From: Candidatus Moraniibacteriota bacterium
GTDB lineage: Bacteria > Patescibacteriota > Minisyncoccia > Moranbacterales > UBA2206
Assembly: GCA_013334765.1 (NCBI GenBank)
Contig: JAAXWW010000001.1
Location: 236,589-300,588, forward strand
Direction: 5' to 3'
Length of the DNA: 64,000 bases
The notes beneath the pieces are model-generated. The model was given only the letters and a program-made list of their open reading frames with translations. It was not told the origin of the DNA and made no database searches. Numbering within the stretch: position 1 is the stretch's first letter; each line of letters starts with the position of its first letter. The position numbers and the translations under genes were made by a program. Shown in pieces: positions 56,740 to 64,000 of the stretch.

Positions 56740-58650
56740 ATGGCGAAAATATTGGGCATCGATCTTGGGACGACCAATTCGGCGATGGCTATCGTTGAAG
56801 GAGGATCGCCTGCGATTGTGGAAAACAAGGAAGGGGCGAGAACTACTCCTTCTATGGTAGCGGTTTCTAAGAGCGGCGAGAGGTTGGTGGGGCTTCTGGC
56901 GAAACGCCAGGCGGTCACTAATCCTGAAAACACTTTGTTTTCGGTGAAGCGCTTGATCGGGCGCGCATTCGGAGATGAAGAAGTGCAAAGAGACACCAAG
57001 CTTGTCCCGTATAAGATAGTGAAATCGGACGGCGGGGTCAAGGTCGTTATGGGAAGCAAGGAATATACTCCTCAGGAAATTTCAGCCATGGTTCTTGGAA
57101 AGCTCAAGGCCGATGCGGAAGAGAAGCTGGGAGAAAAGATCACCGAGGCTGTCATTACGGTTCCTGCATATTTCGATGACTCGCAGAGGAAGGCGACCAA
57201 GGAAGCGGGAGAGATCGCGGGGCTCAATGTGAGGAGGATCATCAATGAGCCGACTGCGGCCGCTCTGGCATACGGATTCAACAAGAAGAATGATGAGAAG
57301 ATTGCGGTGTATGATCTTGGAGGAGGGACTTTCGATATTTCCATCCTTGAGGTGGGCGGTGACACCGTGGAGGTGAAATCGACCAACGGGGACACCCATC
57401 TGGGAGGAGACGACTTCGACCAGATGATCATCACTTGGATTATCAGCGAATTCAAGAAACAGGAAGGAATTGACTTGTCGAATGATCCGCTGGCTCTCCA
57501 GAGGATCAAGGAAGCGGCCGAGAAGGCGAAGATCGAGCTTTCAACCGCTATGGAAACGGAAATCAACCAGCCGTTCATCACGACTGATGCCAATGGCCCG
57601 AAACACTTGGTCATGAAGATCACTAGGGCAAAGCTTGAAGAGCTGGTCGGAGACCTCGTTGCCAAGACTCTTGAGCCGACCAAGAAGGCTTTGGCGGATG
57701 CCAAGCTGTCGGTTGGGGATATCAATGAAGTGGTGATGGTAGGAGGAATGACCAGGATGCCTCTTGTCGTGAAGACTGTTGAGGAATTCTTCAAGAAGAA
57801 GCCGAACCTTTCAGTCAATCCGGATGAAGTGGTGGCTCTCGGAGCTGCGATCCAGGGAGGAGTTCTCCAGGGGGACGTGAAAGACGTGCTGCTGCTGGAC
57901 GTGACTCCGCTCACGCTTGGAATCGAAACGATGGGCAACGTGATGACGCCTCTTATCGATAGGAACACGACTATCCCAGCTTCCAAGTCGCAGACATTCT
58001 CAACGGCGGCTGACAACCAGCCTTCAGTCGAGATCCATGTGCTTCAGGGGGAACGGCCGATGGCAGCTGACAACAAGACGCTTGGAAGATTCATCCTGGA
58101 TGGCATTCCGCCGTCTCCTCGCGGAATTCCGCAGATCGAGGTTTCTTTCGATATCGACGCGAACGGGATACTGAGCGTCAAGGCGAAAGACAAGGCGACC
58201 GGCAAAGAGCAGTCGATCCGCATCGAGGCTTCATCCGGGCTTTCCAAGGATGAGATCGAGAAAATGAAGAAGGATGCCGAGGCGCATGCTGATGAAGACA
58301 AGAAGAAGAAAGACCTTATCGAAGTGAGGAACATGGCGGATACGCTCATGTATACTACTGAGAAGGCTATGCGTGATGCCGGAGACAAGGTGACTGCCGA
58401 TGATAAGAAGCCGGTTGAGGAAAAGATCGAAGCGCTCAAGAAAGTGAAGGATGCCGATGACGTTGAAGCCATCAAGAAAGCGACGGAAGAGCTTTCGACC
58501 GAAGCCCAGAAGATCGGACAGAAGCTCTATTCTGCCTCCGCCTCCGCTTCTGCTGAAGCTTCGGCGGACAAGTCCGCTTCCTCTGAAGAACCAAAATCGG
58601 AAGAGCCGAAAGAAGGGGAAGTGAAGGACGCTGAGACGAAAGAGAACTAG
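56740..58650 (+). CDS. dnaK: Chaperone DnaK
   Basis: [30 protein letters not shown]. Confidence 0.99.
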   Translation: MAKILGIDLGTTNSAMAIVEGGSPAIVENKEGARTTPSMVAVSKSGERLVGLLAKRQAVTNPENTLFSVKRLIGRAFGDEEVQRDTKLVPYKIVKSDGGVKVVMGSKEYTPQEISAMVLGKLKADAEEKLGEKITEAVITVPAYFDDSQRKATKEAGEIAGLNVRRIINEPTAAALAYGFNKKNDEKIAVYDLGGGTFDISILEVGGDTVEVKSTNGDTHLGGDDFDQMIITWIISEFKKQEGIDLSNDPLALQRIKEAAEKAKIELSTAMETEINQPFITTDANGPKHLVMKITRAKLEELVGDLVAKTLEPTKKALADAKLSVGDINEVVMVGGMTRMPLVVKTVEEFFKKKPNLSVNPDEVVALGAAIQGGVLQGDVKDVLLLDVTPLTLGIETMGNVMTPLIDRNTTIPASKSQTFSTAADNQPSVEIHVLQGERPMAADNKTLGRFILDGIPPSPRGIPQIEVSFDIDANGILSVKAKDKATGKEQSIRIEASSGLSKDEIEKMKKDAEAHADEDKKKKDLIEVRNMADTLMYTTEKAMRDAGDKVTADDKKPVEEKIEALKKVKDADDVEAIKKATEELSTEAQKIGQKLYSASASASAEASADKSASSEEPKSEEPKEGEVKDAETKEN

Positions 58651-58729
58651 GGGATTCGGGAAATAGAAAAAACCGCCTTCACATCCTGTGTTGGCGGTTT
58701 TGGTTTTTGGGAAGCGGCGCGGCGTTTCC

Positions 58730-59296
58730 CTAGATTTTTCCGGCGAAGAGAGCATAGAGCCTCTCTGATATTTCATACACAGTGAAAGCGATGGCGTTAC
58801 TGGTCCACCATCGGTCCGATAGTGGATCATACCCTATTTCGGAGGTGTCCGGGATGATAACATAAAGGCCGAGTTTTTTAGCCGCCAGGGCATATAGGCG
58901 AGCATCCCTGGGGTGAGCGATTATTGCTACGACGCATCCGGGTTTTTTTTCTTCCGAAAGAAAGACCAGCCTTCGGTAAATCATTTTAAAGATATCGAAT
59001 ATTTCTCCGCCTGCATGAGTTTTTTGCACGTCTGTTATTTTGCTTGTGGGACTTACGCATAAAAAATCAGCAATCTCTTTGGGAATCACCAAATGGGGCA
59101 CGCGACAGGATAGGAGAATTTCACGGATAATTTCTGCCATCCTGTTGTTGCTGCCAATCGGACAGTTGCACTGATGGAACCCGAAGGGCACCACTAAAAG
59201 AGTTTCGACATTTTTGAAGCTTAATTTCCAGATGGTTTTAGTTTCCCAGCAAAAGAAACACCAGAACAGCTTTCTGATAAAAGCGAATAACTTCAT
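58730..59296 (-). CDS. Hypothetical protein (possibly YdcF/DUF218-like fold)
   Basis: GGAGG SD before ATG 59296; promoter-like TTGACT...TATAAA upstream; IAHP...YDPLS..WWT; hairpin 58667-58702. Confidence 0.65.
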   Translation of the reverse strand: MKLFAFIRKLFWCFFCWETKTIWKLSFKNVETLLVVPFGFHQCNCPIGSNNRMAEIIREILLSCRVPHLVIPKEIADFLCVSPTSKITDVQKTHAGGEIFDIFKMIYRRLVFLSEEKKPGCVVAIIAHPRDARLYALAAKKLGLYVIIPDTSEIGYDPLSDRWWTSNAIAFTVYEISERLYALFAGKI

Positions 59297-59572
59297 GGCG
59301 TCCTCCAGAGCAGTCCGGCTATATGTTTTTGTCAAAAAAACTATAAGAATGATTTATACCATGGATATGCGTGTTGAGTCAAATAAAAAGGGCAACGCGC
59401 GTTGGCGTTGCCCTGGGTTTTTTGGTCGGCCTCGGGGCGAGACAAGCTTTTTCTCCTTTGTCAGGAGTTTCTTCATTGGCTTCTGGGTAGGAAGCTTTTG
59501 AAATTGCTGTCTCATATGCCCCGAGGACGCGTCGATATTCTTGCAGTAATTCGAGAAAAAGGCAAGGCCTGA

Positions 59573-59599
59573 TTAGCACTCGATGATTGAGATTGCTAG
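59573..59599 (+). promoter_or_regulatory. Degenerate CIRCE upstream of dnaJ
   Basis: TTAGCACTC-N9-GATTGCTAG (two mismatches in the right half). Confidence 0.75.
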
Positions 59600-59658
59600 A
59601 TTTTTCATTTCGTGCTAGATTTTATTGGAAGGAAAATCGTATAATTTCGAATAAAAAT

Positions 59659-60753
59659 ATGGCGGATTATTATGAAATATTGGGCGTGACAAGAGGCGCC
59701 AGCGATGATGAGATCAAGAAAGCATATAGGAAACTGGCGCATAAGCACCATCCTGACAAGCAGGGCGGCGACGAGGCCAAGTTCAAGGAAATAAACGAGG
59801 CCTATCAGGTGCTTTCCGACAAATCGAAGCGCGAGCAATACGACCGGTTCGGCAAGAACTTCAATCAGGGACAGGCCGGCGGCGGCCAGGGCTTCGGCGG
59901 TTTCGATTTCAGCGGCTTCGGCGGCGGCAACGGGAACGGCTTCAATTTCGAGTTCGGCGGCGGAGATTTCGAGGATATTTTCTCGACTATTTTCGGCGGC
60001 GGCGGACGCGGCGGATCAGGAAGGAAAAGAGGGCAGGATATCCAGGTGGATGTCGATATTACTTTCGAAGAGATGGTCAGCGGTTCGGAGAAAGAGCTCA
60101 GGCTGTATAAATCCGTGGTGTGCGACAGGTGCCACGGGAACGGCGGCGATCCTGGGTCTGAGATGAAAACCTGTGCCACATGCCACGGTTCGGGACGGGT
60201 GAGAAGGGTGACCAGGGGATTCTTCGAAAACTTCGAACAGGTGGTGGAATGCCCGACCTGCCACGGAGCGGGGAAGACATATGAGAAGAGGTGTTCGAAA
60301 TGCGGAGGCGATGGCAAAGTCAAGGAGGAAGTGAAAATGAAGATAAGGATACCGGCTGGAATCGCTGACGGGCAGACTATTTCTTTCCAAGGAGAAGGGG
60401 AGGTCGGAGAACACGGATCGATGCCTGGCGACCTCTATGTCATGGTGCACGTCAAGAAGCACAAGGAGTTCACGAGGAGCGGCTTGGATATCCTGAGCAG
60501 CGTCGAAATCCCTTTTTCGATGGCGGCGCTCGGCGGGGAGACAGTTATCAGCACTATTTCCGGCCAGCTGATTCTCAAGATCCCGTCCGGAACGCAATCG
60601 GGCGAGGTATTCAAAGTGAAAGGCAAAGGAGTGCCGGAACTTCGCGGCAGCGGAAGAGGGAACCAGATGGTGAAAGTCATCGTCAAGACTCCCAAGAAGC
60701 TTTCCCGTGCCCAGAAGAGGATATTGGAAGAACTGAAAGAATCCGGAGAATGA
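59659..60753 (+). CDS. dnaJ: Chaperone DnaJ
   Basis: J domain with HPD, G/F region, four CxxCxGxG; start moved to ATG 59659. Confidence 0.98.
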   Translation: MADYYEILGVTRGASDDEIKKAYRKLAHKHHPDKQGGDEAKFKEINEAYQVLSDKSKREQYDRFGKNFNQGQAGGGQGFGGFDFSGFGGGNGNGFNFEFGGGDFEDIFSTIFGGGGRGGSGRKRGQDIQVDVDITFEEMVSGSEKELRLYKSVVCDRCHGNGGDPGSEMKTCATCHGSGRVRRVTRGFFENFEQVVECPTCHGAGKTYEKRCSKCGGDGKVKEEVKMKIRIPAGIADGQTISFQGEGEVGEHGSMPGDLYVMVHVKKHKEFTRSGLDILSSVEIPFSMAALGGETVISTISGQLILKIPSGTQSGEVFKVKGKGVPELRGSGRGNQMVKVIVKTPKKLSRAQKRILEELKESGE

Positions 60754-60806
60754 TTTTCTGGTTTTCCTTTTTTTGTGATATCATTGCATCAGGGAAAATA
60801 AAATAC

Positions 60807-60954
60807 AGGACTTGCGCATTTGCCTCAAAAACCTTTTAAATCGCGAGGCTGTGCGGAACTCATCCTGGTTATATATGGTTCGGTCTTGACTCTCCAGAAA
60901 CTGCTTTCTGTTTCTGGCTAAGAAAAAAGTTTTTTCAATAAACGCGCAAGTCCT
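60807..60954 (+). repeat. Family A structured intergenic repeat, copy 3
   Basis: AGGACTTGCGC...GCGCAAGTCCT inverted ends; interior closely matches copy 1. Confidence 0.9.
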
Positions 60955-60968
60955 AAAATAAAAACAAT

Positions 60969-61469
60969 ATGAATCTGACCGCAATGCTTTCGACGCTGGG
61001 GCTTTCGGCGTCCATGGCGCAGGATGCCACGCTGTTCCTGGTTGTCCTCCTTCTGAGCTTCGTCTTCGGAGTCTCGATCGGGCGGGCGAAACTCATAACC
61101 ATCCTTGCTAACATATATGTGGCTTTCTCGATCTTTTCCGTTATTCCTGACAAGCTCATCGCTGATTATGTTTATGATGTCATAACCTTCTTGGCTCTTA
61201 TTGTCGGGCTGACTCTTTTTTCCGGAAAGCTCATCGAGGTCCCTTTCCATATTTCGGGGTCGGGATTCCTTTGGAGGGTTTTCGCTCTCAGCTTCCTGGA
61301 AGTCGTCATGACGCTCAGCATAATCATCGACATGGTTCCGAAAAAGGAAGCGCTTTCGTATATATCAGCCAGTTCGTACGGATATCTGGCTTCGTCGAAT
61401 ATGATGCTGGTCTGGATGGTCGCGCCGCTCGTTTTCCTGGCGCTCATCCATAACAAGGTGAACCGCTGA
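60969..61469 (+). CDS. Multi-TM hypothetical membrane protein
   Basis: About five hydrophobic segments. Confidence 0.75.
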   Translation: MNLTAMLSTLGLSASMAQDATLFLVVLLLSFVFGVSIGRAKLITILANIYVAFSIFSVIPDKLIADYVYDVITFLALIVGLTLFSGKLIEVPFHISGSGFLWRVFALSFLEVVMTLSIIIDMVPKKEALSYISASSYGYLASSNMMLVWMVAPLVFLALIHNKVNR

Positions 61470-61544
61470 TTTGACGAAAAAGAACGCGGTGCTATAATCT
61501 AAAAAGTCCGAAGCGGACCGGTTTTTGTTTCGAATGAAATACAT

Positions 61545-61617
61545 GCGCCCATAGCTCAGTTGGTAGAGCAGTTGCCTTTTAAGCAAACGGTCCCAGGTTC
61601 GAGTCCCGGTGGGCGCA
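61545..61617 (+). tRNA. tRNA-Lys(UUU)
   Basis: GCGCCCA...TGGGCGC, anticodon loop CTTTTAA, GGTTCGAGTCC. Confidence 0.95.
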
Positions 61618-61739
61618 CACAACACATAATATGGAACGGATTCCCGAGAGGGGATTTTTTGTTTGACCTCGAAAGGGGAATATGCTAATTTAGTGTATCG
61701 TAGCTTAACAACAAAATAGCGGTTATCGGGAGGTGCTTT

Positions 61740-61997
61740 ATGTTTTCCAGGATAAATCTTCCTGCGAAAGCAGTCGTCTTTATCAGGCGTATCTCTGACC
61801 TTTTCATGGTTATTCTGGCTATCCTTTGCGGTTCAATATCGTACGTATCATCGCGGATCGCTTCCGCGCTGGCATGCGGCGGAGAGAGGAGTGGAATGAT
61901 CATAGTGTTTTTTCTGGCCATGATATTGGCAAGCGCTTTCTTTATCATTGCCTGGATATCGAAATATTTCGAGGAGTGTATATGCTTCCCGAGATGA
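61740..61997 (+). CDS. Small two-TM orphan protein
   Basis: GGGAGGTG SD, TTGACC upstream, strong terminator 62018-62059. Confidence 0.55.
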   Translation: MFSRINLPAKAVVFIRRISDLFMVILAILCGSISYVSSRIASALACGGERSGMIIVFFLAMILASAFFIIAWISKYFEECICFPR

Positions 61998-62086
61998 AGT
62001 CACGGTTTTATCCTTTTGCCCCGGAGCGGAACGTGTTTTCCGCTTCGGGGCTTTTTTTTATTTTGTTTTTCATATATAATCCAGTT

Positions 62087-63163
62087 ATGAAAAACAGAAA
62101 AACAACCATAGCAGTTTTAGCGGCTTCATCCCTGTTTTTTGCTGGATGCTCTTTCGCTCCGGCTCAAAATGCCGGAACTGAAACGGTTCAGAAGTATGCT
62201 GTTTCTGAGAGCTTCTGGAAGTCAACGGATGGCGGAAAGAATTGGGAAGTGAAAGACCAGTCTTCGAACAAGCCTACCACCAAGGATCTGGATATCGTGA
62301 ATTTGGCAGTCGATCCGGCGAACGGCAATAATGTCTTTTTGGGCCTTAGGAGCGGAGGAATAGTGAAAACGGCTGACGGCGGAGACAATCTGGAATTCAC
62401 CGGTTTCAAATTGGACAAGACCTATGCTTTGGCGATAAGCCCTGCTAATCCGAAAACGATGTACGCGAGCGCTCTTTTTGAAAAGAGAGGCAAGATGGTC
62501 AAGACTGTCGATGGCGGCGAGAAATGGGATGAGGTGTATACTTTCCCGACTGATGGAGCCTTAATCCTGTCGATCGCTTTGGACAGGAATAATCCGAATA
62601 CTGTTTTTGCCTCAACCAGCGATAACCAGGTGATAAAGAGCGTCGACGGCGGAGCGTCATGGAAGAAGGCATATAAGGCGAAGGGTCCGGTCGTGAAAGT
62701 CGCGATCGATTCTTTGAACAGCGATCTTGTCTATTTCCTGACCCAGGGCGGAGAGGCTTTCAGGAGCCAGGATGGCGGCGGAAGCTTCGAGGGCATGTCG
62801 CAAGCCATGACGGCTGCCAAGCTGATGTCATCGGGATACGGTGTCGTCGAGACTGATCCGACTAGGACGGGAACGGTGTATCTGGGAGGCAAGCAGGGCA
62901 TAATCAAAAGCAGCGATGGAGGGAAGACATGGATCAATATGCCGACTCTCAATGACCCTTCGACTGCCGAAGTCCGTGCGCTTGCGATAAATCCCAGCAA
63001 CTCCAATGAGATCGTCTATGGCGCGGGACAGGCGACATACAAATCGATAGATGGCGGAAACAGCTGGACGACTTTCCAATTCAACGTGGGAAAGATAATC
63101 AATAATATAGAATATAGCAGAACCGATCCGAGCGTGGTCTATCTGGGTTTTGCTAATAAGTAA
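62087..63163 (+). CDS. BNR/Asp-box beta-propeller lipoprotein (YCF48/sortilin-like)
   Basis: Lipobox FAGC; repeated (K/R)SxDGGxxW motifs; start moved to ATG 62087. Confidence 0.88.
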   Translation: MKNRKTTIAVLAASSLFFAGCSFAPAQNAGTETVQKYAVSESFWKSTDGGKNWEVKDQSSNKPTTKDLDIVNLAVDPANGNNVFLGLRSGGIVKTADGGDNLEFTGFKLDKTYALAISPANPKTMYASALFEKRGKMVKTVDGGEKWDEVYTFPTDGALILSIALDRNNPNTVFASTSDNQVIKSVDGGASWKKAYKAKGPVVKVAIDSLNSDLVYFLTQGGEAFRSQDGGGSFEGMSQAMTAAKLMSSGYGVVETDPTRTGTVYLGGKQGIIKSSDGGKTWINMPTLNDPSTAEVRALAINPSNSNEIVYGAGQATYKSIDGGNSWTTFQFNVGKIINNIEYSRTDPSVVYLGFANK

Positions 63164-63173
63164 TTTCAAATTT

Positions 63174-63731
63174 ATGTATCAAGAAGCAATTGAAAAAAGC
63201 AGGGAAGAATTCGAAAAGGCCATTTCTCATTTCAAGGAGGAGATGTCCAAGCTCCGCACGGGAAGAGCATCAGCTTCTCTGGTCGAGGATCTGTCAGTGG
63301 ATTATTATGGATCCAAGTCTCCCTTGAAGCAGATCGCCAGCATAAATATCCCGGAACCCAGGACGATCATGATTTCTCCGTGGGACAAAGGCGCTCTTGT
63401 GTATGTCGAGAAGGCGGTCCGCGAGTCGGACCTCAATCTCAATCCGGTCAATGACGGAATCGCTGTCAGGATAAACATCCCCCCTCTAAATGAGGAGAGA
63501 AGGCGGGAATTGGTAAAGATGCTTAACAACAAGGCTGAGGAATCGCGCGTTGCGGTGAGGCACACTCGTGAAGAGGCTTGGGATGAGATCCAGGAGCTTG
63601 AAAAGGAAGGCAAGATAGGCGAGGATGACAAGTTTCAGGGAAAGGATAAGCTGCAGAAAGTGGTTGATGAATACAATATGAAAATCGAGGAATTGAGAAA
63701 GAAGAAGGAAGAAGAGATAATGACCGTATAA
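63174..63731 (+). CDS. frr: Ribosome recycling factor
   Basis: LRTGRAS, DYYG, PWDK, PPLNEERRRELVK. Confidence 0.97.
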   Translation: MYQEAIEKSREEFEKAISHFKEEMSKLRTGRASASLVEDLSVDYYGSKSPLKQIASINIPEPRTIMISPWDKGALVYVEKAVRESDLNLNPVNDGIAVRINIPPLNEERRRELVKMLNNKAEESRVAVRHTREEAWDEIQELEKEGKIGEDDKFQGKDKLQKVVDEYNMKIEELRKKKEEEIMTV

Positions 63732-63811
63732 TCAGCCTTTATATGATAGGGGGCTAAGTCCCTAATCGGGGGCTTAGCTCTTGCGCGCATAAGATCATAA
63801 AATAAAAAATC

Positions 63812-64000
63812 ATGCTTTTGACTGTCGTTGTTTTTCTTGTGATGCTGGGATTGCTCATCTTCGTTCATGAACTGGGGCATTTTGTCGTGGCGAAAAGGAA
63901 CGGGATCGAGGCTTCGGAATTCGGTTTCGGCTTTCCTCCGAGAATGATCGGATTGCAATTCCTGCAAGCGGGCAAAGACGGGAAGAAAGGAAAATGGCGC
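63812..64000 (+). CDS. rseP: RIP metalloprotease RseP (5' part, runs off window)
   Basis: MLLTVVVFLVMLGLLIFVHELGHF (HExxH)...EFGFGFPP; follows frr. Confidence 0.9.
   Translation, partial: MLLTVVVFLVMLGLLIFVHELGHFVVAKRNGIEASEFGFGFPPRMIGLQFLQAGKDGKKGKWR

Noticed and set aside
59379-59579. Short ORFs between the 58730 gene and dnaJ
   Set aside because: No convincing SD or motif; they overlap a hairpin, a promoter and the CIRCE.
1-64000. Alternative genetic code (TGA=Gly, as in Gracilibacteria/Absconditabacteria)
   Set aside because: RF2 is present, and murF, recJ and dnaJ end at TGA at expected lengths.

Overview
A ~64 kb chromosomal segment of mostly housekeeping genes from a small-genome bacterium. 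Gene content, short AT-rich leaders and conserved hypotheticals point to Patescibacteria/CPR (Parcubacteria-like); this assignment is an inference. The genetic code is standard 11, since both prfA and prfB are present and TGA is used as a stop. Most genes are on the + strand. Contents: a dcw fragment (mraZ, rsmH, ftsL-like, ftsI, murF), rmuC, envelope glycosyltransferases, prmC/prfA, aspS, scpAB, mraY, fermentative genes (pgk, eno, ADP-forming acetate-CoA ligase, four-subunit pyruvate:ferredoxin oxidoreductase), recJ, rnhA, a MacAB-like ABC exporter, prfB with its +1 frameshift, ftsEX, a CIRCE/HrcA heat-shock cluster, frr, the start of rseP and three tRNAs. No transposase, integrase, reverse transcriptase or CRISPR array was seen. 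The unusual signal lies between genes. (1) Four ~155-bp rod-like palindromes have arms that differ in sequence but keep their pairing, around an invariant ACTC...CTCARACAG internal loop. (2) Three ~148-bp AGGACTT...AAGTCCT elements have a branched fold. (3) A four-helix-bundle gene is bracketed by inverted heptamer arrays, with an apparently empty counterpart nearby. (4) Short palindromes recur, one translated inside DnaK. (5) A 50-aa Lys/Ala/Val-only H1-like gene, missed by the ORF track, lies behind DnaA boxes. (6) About nine orphan genes come as self-contained units with a strong SD and a terminator, several also with their own promoter.
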